Part shown: positions 1 through 9,151 of the stretch, in pieces | Layout: each line of letters begins with the position of its first letter | Numbering within the stretch: the stretch's first letter is position 1 | Source of the DNA: Candidatus Methanomethylophilaceae archaeon | Lineage (GTDB): Archaea > Thermoplasmatota > Thermoplasmata > Methanomassiliicoccales > Methanomethylophilaceae | Assembly (NCBI GenBank): GCA_050950505.1 | Contig: JBMNHS010000001.1 | Coordinates: forward strand, 800,001-864,000 | Reading direction: 5' to 3' | Length of the DNA stretch: 64,000 nucleotides | Notes under the pieces: model-generated | Database searches by the model: none | What the model was told of the DNA's origin: nothing | Seen by the model: the letters and a program-made list of their open reading frames with translations, nothing else | Program-made: the position numbers and the translations under genes

Positions 1-1
1 C

Positions 2-880
2 GTGGTGTTGATCGGCGCAGGAGCAGGAGTATATTTTTTCATGCCTGCCAAGATTGAAATCAAAGACTCTTTTGCAGTCGGAGACAAACACACGATTGTT
101 CGGGAAACGAAAGGAAGTTTCGAGATAACAGAAATAAATGAGGAAGGAGGCAATAAATTATTCGAATTAGAACATTCATACGGAACTTGGAGTGAGTCGG
201 ATTCATACACATATAACGAGTTGGTAATCGAAATCAAAAGCGTTCTAATTTTTAACGAGGATATCACGGATGCAACGTCTGAAGAGTTACGCATAGATAC
301 CGATTTTGGAAAAAGAGATTGCATCATGTATGCGTTAAGCAAAGAATTTGGGGATTTCGAATACTACGTGGGAAAGGATAATGAACTTGTTTACAAAATG
401 ACGTTCAAATCCGAGACTTATGAAGAGACATTCGAACTTAAGAAATCCAATATGTTCATCGAATCTCAGAACGAAGTCACAATCAAGACTGCCAATTCTT
501 TGAAAGTCGGCGATAAGATTCCATTCACAGAATCACGTTCAGATTGGGACGAAATAGAAGAGGTTATACCTGCTGATGGAGATACTCCGGAGTTGTACAG
601 ATTCAAAGGAGATTCTTTTTATTTAACCCGCGAAGAAGTCCTAAGTACACTACTTATCTCAATACCCGAAGAAGTCTTAGAGGGTGCTGAGCTCAAAGGA
701 ACCAAAAACGTAGAAACGTTCCTGGGGAGAGTGACATGTGATGTATACACTTATACGGAGGCACTCGTGAAGACGGAAGTTTATGTCTGTAATGATATTT
801 TTGTGATGATTGAGCATGAATACGGCAGTATGTACTGGTCGAATTCCGATATCATTGTAAAAAGTTGGATTCCGTTCTGA
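2..880 (+). CDS. Membrane-anchored surface protein with two tandem repeat domains (5' truncated); paralogue of 6870-7781
   Basis: N-terminal TM segment (GAGAGVYFF). Acidic composition. Twice-repeated motif VGDK...T-x-(F/L)-G-x3-C-x2-Y...YV. Confidence 0.75.
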   Translation: MVLIGAGAGVYFFMPAKIEIKDSFAVGDKHTIVRETKGSFEITEINEEGGNKLFELEHSYGTWSESDSYTYNELVIEIKSVLIFNEDITDATSEELRIDTDFGKRDCIMYALSKEFGDFEYYVGKDNELVYKMTFKSETYEETFELKKSNMFIESQNEVTIKTANSLKVGDKIPFTESRSDWDEIEEVIPADGDTPELYRFKGDSFYLTREEVLSTLLISIPEEVLEGAELKGTKNVETFLGRVTCDVYTYTEALVKTEVYVCNDIFVMIEHEYGSMYWSNSDIIVKSWIPF

Positions 881-910
881 ACACAATCAAATAAACTTCG
901 TTCTTTCAAT

Positions 911-931
911 CAAAAGGGGGTTTACCCCCTT
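911..931 (+). terminator. GC hairpin after the surface protein gene
   Basis: AAGGGGG-TTTA-CCCCCTT followed by a T-rich tract. Confidence 0.6.
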
Positions 932-1138
932 ACATTTTTCATTATATCAGAAAAAAATTCGATTTGTATTCGGTAATACAGACAATGACATAAAAGACGG
1001 TATCGCGTGTGCGGGTCGAATTGCATAAACTCAGAGTATATGTTCTTCAAATGGCAATTTGCGGTGAAGCATAACACCTTTAATTCTAAATGTTCGAATT
1101 GAGTTAATTTTAATACTATTGAATCATCTGGTTTTAGC

Positions 1139-2068
1139 GTGCGGACAAATTCAATAACGCTTGTGGCACTCGTTGCAATAATTTCGTTGGCGGGCTCTGT
1201 CGTTGTGATAGGGGCCACACAGGACAACGACGATCGTCCGTGCATATATACGACAATGAGTTGGCAACAGGAAATGGTGGAAGAAATCGTCGGTGATTCT
1301 TACATTGTGAAATCTTTCCTGTTGCCGAATTCGGACCCTCACAGCACCGCGTTGACACCTGGCTCTATTGCTTCAAGCAATACCGTGGTTTATTTTGCCA
1401 TAGGCTCCGGTGTCGAATGGGAACTGGAGAACTTATCGGTGATAAAAGAGGAATTGGATATACCCACTTACGAATGTTGTGAAGATTTGATTGGATGGGG
1501 GATAGATTTGCTGCCGGGGGAATGTCATCATCACGGTCATGATCACAGCGATCATGAACACGGTTCTTACGACCCTCACGTCTGGACTTCTCCCGAACGT
1601 CTGAAACTCATTGCCGAATACGTAAGGGATGTGATGATGGAGCTCGACCCCGATAACGCGGAAATTTTTGCAGAAGGCTGCGAGGGATACACCAAGAAAA
1701 CGGATATTCTGGCAAATCTCGCTTCCTCGGTTTTCGAGAACAAAGCCGCAGGCGAAATCGTTGTGTGGCATTCTTCATGGGCGTATTTGCTTCCCGATGA
1801 CATATCGGAAGTGCCGATACTGAAAACCGCCCAGTCGCTTACCACCCCGAGTCAGATGATGAATCTAAAAAAAGGCACCGCGGATGAACCTCTGGTGGTG
1901 TTCCTGTCCAATGAAAGGGAAATCAAAGGCATGACGGAAAAAGAGCTTAACGATTCCGGAGTGTATGTGAGGATAGTCGTAATCAACGTTCTTGCCCAGA
2001 ATTGGTTGGACGAACTTGAGAAAGCAATCAATGTTTTCGGCGATGAATTGTCGGAGACGATACAATGA
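1139..2068 (+). CDS. znuA: Zn/Mn ABC transporter substrate-binding protein
   Basis: Signal/TM segment, PNSDPHS, His-rich loop HHHGHDHSDHEH, DPHVWTSP. Confidence 0.9.
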   Translation: MRTNSITLVALVAIISLAGSVVVIGATQDNDDRPCIYTTMSWQQEMVEEIVGDSYIVKSFLLPNSDPHSTALTPGSIASSNTVVYFAIGSGVEWELENLSVIKEELDIPTYECCEDLIGWGIDLLPGECHHHGHDHSDHEHGSYDPHVWTSPERLKLIAEYVRDVMMELDPDNAEIFAEGCEGYTKKTDILANLASSVFENKAAGEIVVWHSSWAYLLPDDISEVPILKTAQSLTTPSQMMNLKKGTADEPLVVFLSNEREIKGMTEKELNDSGVYVRIVVINVLAQNWLDELEKAINVFGDELSETIQ

Positions 2069-2817
2069 TACCGATAGAAATCAGAAATCTCGATGCGGGT
2101 TACGATGGAAACAGAATCATCGAGAATATAAATTTGGAATTGAAAGAGAACGATTTCCTTGCATTGATAGGTCCGAACGGAGGAGGCAAATCCACTCTGT
2201 TCAAAGCCATTCTGGGACTGATAAAACCCATGGCGGGAACCGTTAAGATATTCGGGGAAGAGCCCGCGGGATTCGTGAGCAACATAGGATATGTCCCTCA
2301 GTACGAGGAACTTGATTCCCAGTACCCCATATGCGCGAGGGAAGTCGTGCAGATGGGCCTCAGGGCAAACAAAGGGTTGCGCCCGTATTACACGGAAGAA
2401 GAAAAAGAAGCCGCGGAAAGAGCCATGGAATATACCGAAGTGATTGATTTCGCCCACAAAAGGATAAGCCAGCTGTCAGGAGGACAAAGACGCCGCGTAT
2501 ATCTGGCAAGAGCTCTGGCCCCGGAACCTGAAATATTGATGTTGGACGAACCCACCGCAAGTTTGGATCCGTCCATGCAGGATTGCACTTATGATATTCT
2601 CAGAAGGCTGAACGCCAAAGGCGTGGCAATCATGCTCATCACTCATGACATAAGCAGCGTCATACGTGACGTGAAACGCGTGGCATGCCTCAACAGAAGG
2701 ATAATCGTCAACGATGCACCTGAGATAACCCCGGAAATGGTTCAACTGGGATATCACTGTCCGCCGGATATCATACATTTGGGCAACTGCACCGGAGGAT
2801 GTGAACACCATGGTTGA
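2065..2817 (+). CDS. znuC: Zn/Mn ABC transporter ATPase
   Basis: GPNGGGKST, GYVPQ, LSGGQ, LDEPT; 4-nt overlap with znuA. Confidence 0.92.
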   Translation: MIPIEIRNLDAGYDGNRIIENINLELKENDFLALIGPNGGGKSTLFKAILGLIKPMAGTVKIFGEEPAGFVSNIGYVPQYEELDSQYPICAREVVQMGLRANKGLRPYYTEEEKEAAERAMEYTEVIDFAHKRISQLSGGQRRRVYLARALAPEPEILMLDEPTASLDPSMQDCTYDILRRLNAKGVAIMLITHDISSVIRDVKRVACLNRRIIVNDAPEITPEMVQLGYHCPPDIIHLGNCTGGCEHHG

Positions 2818-3679
2818 TTGGCATACCGTGTTTTCCATGCCGCTGATACAGAATATGTTCTTTGTCGCGGCCATGAGCTGTCTGCTCTGCGGAGTGGTCG
2901 GCACGTTTATTGTCGTCAAACGGATGGTTTTTGCCACCGGAGGCATAGCCCACACATCCTTCGGAGGTGTGGGTCTGGCATATTATCTCATGTCGGTGTA
3001 TGCGGTATCGTGGTTTACGCCCATGGTCGGTGCTTTGCTGTTCGCCATCGTGTCCGCGGTGATAATGTCCATACCCGCCGTATCCAAAAGAATCCGTGAA
3101 GATTCCGTCATCGGAGTGCTGTGGTCCGTAGGAATGGCTCTGGGTGTGATATTCATGAGTCTCATGGACCGTTCGGTAATAACTCCCAGATCTTTCGAGA
3201 GCATCCTTTTCGGAGATATTCTGCTTGTGGGTTCCGAGGGTATGATAACCGTCACTGTGTTGGCTTTGGTGTCCCTTGTGGTTATTGCTCTGCTGTTCAG
3301 GGATTTGCAGATACTGACTTTTGACGAAGTCCATGCAAAACTGGTCGGAATAAACGTTCCCGTGATGAATCTGATTCTTTACGTTCTGATTGCGTTAACC
3401 TGTGTCGTCGCAATGAATGTCGTAGGCATAGTCATGGTAATCGCGTTGGTGGCAATACCCGCGGCAATGGCAAATATGTTCACCGACGGATTGAAAAATA
3501 TGATGATAACGTCCGTAATCTTGTCGCTTGTAATGACATTTTTCGGATTGATATTATCCATAGCGTTGGATCTTCCCCCCGGTGCCACGGTATCGGTGAC
3601 CATGGGAATTTTGTTCCTGGTCGCAATCGGTTTAAGGTCCCTAATCAAAGTAGACGCCGGGAAAAAAGCAATCAGATAA
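2810..3679 (+). CDS. znuB: Zn/Mn ABC transporter permease
   Basis: Hydrophobic; GIAHTSFGG, ILFGDIL, TFDEVHA; ATG after a GGAGG RBS. Confidence 0.9.
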   Translation: MVDWHTVFSMPLIQNMFFVAAMSCLLCGVVGTFIVVKRMVFATGGIAHTSFGGVGLAYYLMSVYAVSWFTPMVGALLFAIVSAVIMSIPAVSKRIREDSVIGVLWSVGMALGVIFMSLMDRSVITPRSFESILFGDILLVGSEGMITVTVLALVSLVVIALLFRDLQILTFDEVHAKLVGINVPVMNLILYVLIALTCVVAMNVVGIVMVIALVAIPAAMANMFTDGLKNMMITSVILSLVMTFFGLILSIALDLPPGATVSVTMGILFLVAIGLRSLIKVDAGKKAIR

Positions 3680-4349
3680 TGTCCAGAAGGTCGGCTACGC
3701 TGTCCATCACGTCGGTGACTCCGGCGTCTTCCCAATCCTTGGCATCGCATCCGCCGGATAAGACCCCGATGAAGTCGGCACCTGCATCCCTCGCGGCATA
3801 CCAATCGCCCAGATTATCGCCCAGATACAGAATTTCTTCAGGTTTCACTCCGAGCTCTCTCGCAAAATGTCTCATTGACACAGGGGAAGGCTTCGCATCT
3901 TCGAAGTCATAATCGTCTCTGCAGACAACGGCGTGGAATCTATCGTACAAATCCCACAATCCCAGCACAGCTTCCGCATATTCCCTTCCGCCTCTGGTCA
4001 GAATGCCCACTCTGTAATTTTTCTGTTTAAGGGCAACCAATGTTTCGACGGCCAAAGGGAAAGGAGACGAATCTGTGTAATACATTTTTTCAATCTCCGT
4101 GCTGCGGTCGTTGATTTTTCTTATGATTTGTTCTTCATCTTCCCGTCTTCCCGCGTCGCGGATCAAATCATGAATGGGCACGGACACGGGAACAATCTCT
4201 TTGCTCTGAGGGGATTCTTTGAAAGGTATTCCTTCTTCCCCCAACACATCCTTGATGACATTCTTCAAACTGTGATAGTCAACCCGTGTGTTCATGAACG
4301 TCCCGTCCATGTCAAAACCGACGGCTTTGATGTGCGGTCTTATCATCAT
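3672..4349 (-). CDS. HAD-superfamily phosphatase (phosphoglycolate phosphatase-like)
   Basis: FDMDGT, ILTRG, KPSP, YLGDNLGD. Start placed at ATG 4349 after GGAGGA; the longer ORF runs into the RNase P RNA. Confidence 0.85.
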   Translation of the reverse strand: MMIRPHIKAVGFDMDGTFMNTRVDYHSLKNVIKDVLGEEGIPFKESPQSKEIVPVSVPIHDLIRDAGRREDEEQIIRKINDRSTEIEKMYYTDSSPFPLAVETLVALKQKNYRVGILTRGGREYAEAVLGLWDLYDRFHAVVCRDDYDFEDAKPSPVSMRHFARELGVKPEEILYLGDNLGDWYAARDAGADFIGVLSGGCDAKDWEDAGVTDVMDSVADLLDII

Positions 4350-4394
4350 ATCCTCCGATATGCCACGATATTTATAACGATAGTGAAAAGAAGT

Positions 4395-4691
4395 GTCATG
4401 TGGAAGTAGTAGTCCCCCTTCTGTTTCAGGCAGCATTCGACTATGCACTCTACCCGCCGGTCCCGAGCAGTCATCCCGGCTGTATGAGCTTGCTCCGATG
4501 AGGTGTCGCCGTTTCACCAAATCTCCGGGAACGTCACTGTCAAACAGATCATTCTTAGCCGGAGCTGTGTCGTTTCTGCGCCCTTGCCGAGGCTCTCGCC
4601 CCGCAACATTTCGTTGCTCACCTTGCCCGTGGAGGAGGGAACTTCCTCAGCTGGATCAAGTCCTACCGTCAGCTGCCCTCTTCCTCATGAC
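4395..4691 (-). ncRNA. rnpB: RNase P RNA, archaeal type A
   Basis: Minus strand shows P1 GUCAUGAGGAAG/CUUCCACAUGAC, CR-I GAGGAAGUUCC, P8 GCAAC-GAAAU-GUUGC, P9 GGGGC-GAGA-GCCUC, CAGAAAC, GGUGAAACGG and CR-V AAACAGAAGGGGGACUA. Confidence 0.93.
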
Positions 4692-4888
4692 GAAAAACAA
4701 TCATACGGTGTAGAATTTAGTTCTTTCCACAAGGTACGGAGTTTAAACAAACAAAATAAGGTAAAAACAGTTCTGCATCCGTATCCGTGAACGAATTTAT
4801 TGAAATATTCGTAAAAGACGGGAATCTCAGAATTTTATCAAATATGATAAATTAAAGTAAAGGGTTTGATTCGAAAAAGAATCCGAAC

Positions 4889-5989
4889 TCAGTCTTCTTC
4901 CGGTACGGGATCTTTTTTCGATGTATTCATCATCTTCGTGGATTCTTTCAGTTCCTTGTCCATCAAAGCATCGATGCGTTCGGCTTCTGCCTGAATCTCC
5001 TCGGGCTTGGGTATGTTGCCCAACATGTCCTCGGGGTTTTCGAAGATTTTGTTGATGTCCTCCATGTTGGCGATTTCGCGGTCCGGCGAATCGGATGCGG
5101 TGCCCACATAATCGGATATGCCGTTGATGAGCTTGGTGACTTCCATGGGGAAGAATATCTTGGACGATTCTCCCTGGCCGACCTTGACCATGGTGTCCAT
5201 GGACAGAACCGACAAGGCTTTGGAATCCATGGTGGCCGCACCGACGGACAGAATGCGGAGTCTCTGCGATTCTCCCTGCCCTTCCAATATGGTGGCGACT
5301 CTCTTACCTTCGGCTTCCAGAACCATAGCCTGCCTGCGGCCTTCGGCTTCAAGGATACGGGCTTTCTTTTCACCTTCGGCTTTGAGGATTGCGGATCTCT
5401 TAAGACCGTCGGCTTCAAGAATCGCGGCACGCCTGAGCCTTTCCGCGGAAGTCTGTTCTTCCATGGAGTTTTTGACTTTGGCGGCGGGATCCACTTCCCT
5501 GATTTCCACAGCTTCGACCCTGACACCCCATTTGTCGGTGCTTTCGTCGAGAGTGTCTCTCAGGTGAACGTTGATTCTTTCCCTGTTGGAAAGAACATCA
5601 TCCAGTTCCATTTCTCCGATGATGGCTCTGAGCGTGGTCTGAGCGAGATTCACCGTAGCTATTTTGTATTGGGTTACTTCGAAGAACGCTTTCTTCGGAT
5701 CGGTAACCCGGATATAGATAACCGCGTCGACATTGACGGGTGAGTTGTCTTTGGTTATGACTTCCTGTCTGGGAACATCCAAAACTTCAGTTCTCAGATC
5801 GAGTTTCACGACCTCGTTGATCAACGGGAAAACTATGTTCAGACCCTGATTGAGTATTCTCACGAATTTACCGAGTCTCATGTAGATGCCCTGTTCGTAA
5901 GGCTGAACGATTTTTACACCGCTGATCAAAATGAGGATTATGGCCGCAATCACAAGGAAGGCCACAACCGCCAGTGCTGTTCCTAACAT
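4889..5989 (-). CDS. SPFH/band 7 (stomatin-like, QmcA-type) protein
   Basis: N-terminal TM, VITKDN, AQTTLRAIIG, RAAILEADG coiled coil. Confidence 0.93.
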   Translation of the reverse strand: MLGTALAVVAFLVIAAIILILISGVKIVQPYEQGIYMRLGKFVRILNQGLNIVFPLINEVVKLDLRTEVLDVPRQEVITKDNSPVNVDAVIYIRVTDPKKAFFEVTQYKIATVNLAQTTLRAIIGEMELDDVLSNRERINVHLRDTLDESTDKWGVRVEAVEIREVDPAAKVKNSMEEQTSAERLRRAAILEADGLKRSAILKAEGEKKARILEAEGRRQAMVLEAEGKRVATILEGQGESQRLRILSVGAATMDSKALSVLSMDTMVKVGQGESSKIFFPMEVTKLINGISDYVGTASDSPDREIANMEDINKIFENPEDMLGNIPKPEEIQAEAERIDALMDKELKESTKMMNTSKKDPVPEED

Positions 5990-6031
5990 TTTATTTCTCC
6001 TTTATAGTTATATTATGTTCTGTCTCTGCAG

Positions 6032-6487
6032 TCAGAGCTTTTCATGTTCTTCGATGAAGACATGCACCCCTTCGCTGCGCGTTACTTTCACTCTGGTACC
6101 TTCGGGTATGGGTCTTTCGGAATTTGCGCTCCATACGTCAGAACCGATTCTGACCTTTCCCTTAAGGGTTCCGGGGATTGTGCTTACGGTAACCGTTCCG
6201 GTCTGTCCGACCAGAGTGTCCGTAATCGTGGTGGATGGCGGCTCGGGCCTGCCCAGGTACCTGTAAGCGTACAGTGTGGCCACCGTGACGGGTATGGCGA
6301 CGACTATTGCCGTCAGAACAGCCCACCATGAGAACAGAAATTTGGGATCTGCCATGCCCAATGCCCCCAATATTATCGATACGACGGCAGGTATAATCAG
6401 GAAAATACCCGGAGAGAACACTTCGGCAATCAGCAAAACGAGTCCGAGTATGACAAGCAACAATCCTACGGCCACTGCAACTTCCAT
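6032..6487 (-). CDS. Short NfeD-family (YbbJ-like) stomatin operon partner
   Basis: TM helices plus OB-fold GKVRIGSDVWSA; directly upstream of the SPFH gene. Confidence 0.9.
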   Translation of the reverse strand: MEVAVAVGLLLVILGLVLLIAEVFSPGIFLIIPAVVSIILGALGMADPKFLFSWWAVLTAIVVAIPVTVATLYAYRYLGRPEPPSTTITDTLVGQTGTVTVSTIPGTLKGKVRIGSDVWSANSERPIPEGTRVKVTRSEGVHVFIEEHEKL

Positions 6488-6605
6488 AGTGTGACTTATA
6501 CTCCTTATGTTATTTAACTGTCAACTTTTCACCATCGGGCCGCAGTGATATTTCCGAATCTGACGGTAAACCTTATTAACTGCATCTTATTACTCGAATT
6601 CGGAA

Positions 6606-6692
6606 GCAAGGGTAGTCAAGCATGGCCAACGACGCTAGGTTGAGGGCCTAGTCCTTAGTGGTCCGTGGGTTCAAATCCCATCCCTTGCACCA
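6606..6692 (+). tRNA. tRNA-Leu(GAG), CCA encoded
   Basis: Acceptor GCAAGGG/CCCTTGC, anticodon arm CTAGG-TTGAGGG-CCTAG, long variable arm, GGTTCAAATCC, ends ACCA. Confidence 0.95.
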
Positions 6693-6815
6693 CACTTTAC
6701 TTTTATTACAGCACTCCGGCGCGTGTTTTGAGGATTTCCGGTTTTAATTTTTTGTGGTTCGATACGGATTCCAAATTATTCGGCGATTAAGTGCAGAAAG
6801 ATAAAATAACTTCTT

Positions 6816-6845
6816 AATCAAAAGGGGGGCGAACCCCCTTTGATT
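6816..6845. terminator. Bidirectional hairpin terminator
   Basis: AATCAAAAGGGGGG-CGAA-CCCCCTTTGATT between convergent transcripts. Confidence 0.65.
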
Positions 6846-6869
6846 GGAAGAAAAGATTTTATGTCAGAC

Positions 6870-7781
6870 TCAGGCAAGGTTTTTTACCTCAATGAAATCG
6901 GAATATGTCCAATAATTAAGATGTAAATCACTTCCTGATTTTACGTATATGCCGTTTGATACATATACGAAGCTACCGGGGCCCAGATCTTCGTCATTTG
7001 CATAGTTGTCGCATTCTATCTTTCCCAAGGGAGTATCTACACTGACGGTTCCCTTCAGTTCATATTCGTTTCTAAGGTAATTCGGCGCAGAAATTCCAAA
7101 GTTATTCAGAAGTTTTTCACGGGTGATATACTCCGAATCGTCACTTGTACGGTACAGTTCCGGATTGTTTCCTTCCGCAGGTTTGATTTCTGTGATTTTA
7201 AAATCCATTTTTGTTTCTAAGTGTGCAATAAATTTATCGCCCGCTTTTATTTCTTGAGGGTCTTTAAGCTCGAATATGTCGTTCGATTCGTTGTACATGT
7301 CGGCGGCTTCAATAACATGTACTTCTTTCGCCGCTTCGTGTTCTCTTTCGATTCTGTAAGCGGCACCGTTGTTTTCGCCGATATAATATTTCACAGCAAT
7401 CCAATCATAGTTTCTGAAGTATACCGTACAATCCCTTTCACCGAAGGCGGTCACAATCCGTTCATTTCCAGTTTTATATGCATCATCGACAACATCCTCA
7501 CTTTCAATAAGCCATTTTTTGAAACACCCCATATATTCGTATGAAATAACATCCGGTTCACCTCTGTCCAGAACATTGAACTCGTTACTTTCGTTCATAC
7601 CTATCACTTCAACGGTAGATCGGTAATTATCAATCGTTGTGTGCCGGTCTCCGACTTTAAAAGACTCCTTGACAAAAAGTGCCGAATCCCCCTCAGAGGT
7701 GCCATACAGGAAATACACCCCCGCTCCCGCCGCAATCAGCACAGCGACAACCAACAGCGAAACCGCTCCTTTTTTAGACAT
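6870..7781 (-). CDS. Membrane-anchored surface protein with two tandem repeat domains; paralogue of 2-880
   Basis: MSKK + TM (AAGAGVYF); KVGDR...TAFGERDCTVY and KAGDK...TPLGKIECDNY; shared PELYR. Confidence 0.8.
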   Translation of the reverse strand: MSKKGAVSLLVVAVLIAAGAGVYFLYGTSEGDSALFVKESFKVGDRHTTIDNYRSTVEVIGMNESNEFNVLDRGEPDVISYEYMGCFKKWLIESEDVVDDAYKTGNERIVTAFGERDCTVYFRNYDWIAVKYYIGENNGAAYRIEREHEAAKEVHVIEAADMYNESNDIFELKDPQEIKAGDKFIAHLETKMDFKITEIKPAEGNNPELYRTSDDSEYITREKLLNNFGISAPNYLRNEYELKGTVSVDTPLGKIECDNYANDEDLGPGSFVYVSNGIYVKSGSDLHLNYWTYSDFIEVKNLA

Positions 7782-8286
7782 GATATTAAACTTGTCGGGC
7801 GGTGTATATATAGCTCAACCGTTCATATATATAATAATCTTAAATATAAATGATTTTTTGTAAATATCATCGAAATACTCCTCTTCGAGAATATGATATT
7901 TTTTGTTTCCCTTGTTTCGTTATTTATAAGATTACCTATATATTTTTGAAAAACAATACCGCTTGAAACAAATCATCCGTTCGGCGGTCCGTATCGGAAT
8001 ATCAGGACTCAAACGGTCGTGTGACTACAATTTTTTCGGTAACCGGAATCGAAAAATCCAAGAGGGAAAGAAATACAACCCAAAGGAAACAGTGAACATT
8101 TACGATTCGTTATGGACACTAATCATCCATTAGATAAATGAAAAACAAATCTACATATATTCCAATGGAAACGAAGGGGTGTTTAAGAACGGATTCCACA
8201 TAAAATTCCGGTGGAAATCAGGTACTGATTTTATTGTTTAAAAATTGTATCTGACGATTGAAACCGAGTCAAAAATCTGAAAAAAC

Positions 8287-8709
8287 TTATGATATCGCAA
8301 TCACGCCGTCTTTGAAGTTATCCCTCAGCTCATAAATTTTCTTGCGGATCTCTTCAATCATCGCGCGATACGCATCGTCTCCTTTCCCTTTGGGATTTTT
8401 AAGTTCCCAGGTTTCGGAATAAGAACAGGACATATGGGAGAATTCGTCTTCGGAGCCGAGGTTGATCACAATATCGACTTCCGGCAATTCGGACACGTGG
8501 GTGGGATGTCCTTCGGTTATGTCGTAACTGCAGTATTCAAGGAGCATCCAAGCAGTTTTATCGTCCACGGTGTAAGACGGTTCGTATCCCGCGGAATAGA
8601 TTTCGAACGTATCTGATGCAATTTCCTTGGCCAATGCTTCGGCCACCTGACTTCTGCATGAATTGTGCCTGCACAGGAAGGCAACTTTCGGTTTATTCTT
8701 CATGTCCAT
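8287..8709 (-). CDS. LMW-PTP/ArsC-fold protein lacking the resolving cysteines
   Basis: P-loop CRHNSCRSQVAEA and YSAG present; C-terminal redox Cys pair and DP motif altered. Confidence 0.85.
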   Translation of the reverse strand: MDMKNKPKVAFLCRHNSCRSQVAEALAKEIASDTFEIYSAGYEPSYTVDDKTAWMLLEYCSYDITEGHPTHVSELPEVDIVINLGSEDEFSHMSCSYSETWELKNPKGKGDDAYRAMIEEIRKKIYELRDNFKDGVIAIS

Positions 8710-8710
8710 C

Positions 8711-9070
8711 TCAAAGCTCGCAGACAATGCAGTCGCGGGATTCGCATACAGGGTTATTAACCTTCCAGTCCAACGCCCATCTTTTTACTTCCTTGGCAAC
8801 GGAAACAAGGTCCACCCCCATTTCCGTCAGATGGTACTCGCTCCGCATGGGCATGGAGGAAGAATCTATTCTGTTTTCTACGACGCCTTCTTCCAGCATC
8901 TCTTTCAGTCTGTCGGAAAGCACCTTAGGGGTTATGCCTTTCACGGATTTTTTTATTTCCGAGAATCTTTTCCACTGACATCCGCCCCTGTACAGTTCGA
9001 GTATGATGACGAGTGTCCATTTTTTGGAAAGGAAGCCCATGGTTTTGTAGACGGTGCAGTTGTTGTCCAT
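8711..9070 (-). CDS. HxlR/DUF24 winged-helix regulator with Cys-rich tail
   Basis: KKWTLVII, RFSEI, GITPKVLSDRLKEM, EYHLTEMG; C-terminal CESRDCIVC. Confidence 0.9.
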   Translation of the reverse strand: MDNNCTVYKTMGFLSKKWTLVIILELYRGGCQWKRFSEIKKSVKGITPKVLSDRLKEMLEEGVVENRIDSSSMPMRSEYHLTEMGVDLVSVAKEVKRWALDWKVNNPVCESRDCIVCEL

Positions 9071-9080
9071 ACTTTCCGAT

Positions 9081-9122
9081 AAGATACCTGCCATATATAA
9101 ACAAGTATCTTTATAATACTTG
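9081..9122. promoter_or_regulatory. Divergent hxlR/hcp promoters with overlapping palindromic operators
   Basis: CAAGTAT-N7-ATACTTG (9102-9122) brackets CTTTATA; AAGATACCTG-N11-CAAGTATCTT (9081-9111) brackets the opposite TATA. Confidence 0.7.
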
Positions 9123-9151
9123 ATATCAAATTGATGCAGGAGTAAAAAACA

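Noticed and set aside
965-980. TGTATT-N4-AATACA palindrome upstream of znuA
   Set aside because: Only 6-bp arms in AT-rich DNA, about 160 bp from the start; could easily be chance.
4350-4790. N-terminal extension of the HAD ORF and ORFs 4393-4713 and 4503-4790
   Set aside because: They overlap the RNase P RNA; the HAD gene has a good RBS and ATG at 4349.
7963-8241. Possible Pyl read-through ORF (TTG 7963, TAG 8131, TAA about 8239) or remnant of the surface-protein family
   Set aside because: No RBS or recognisable motif; similarity to the family's C-terminus is too faint.
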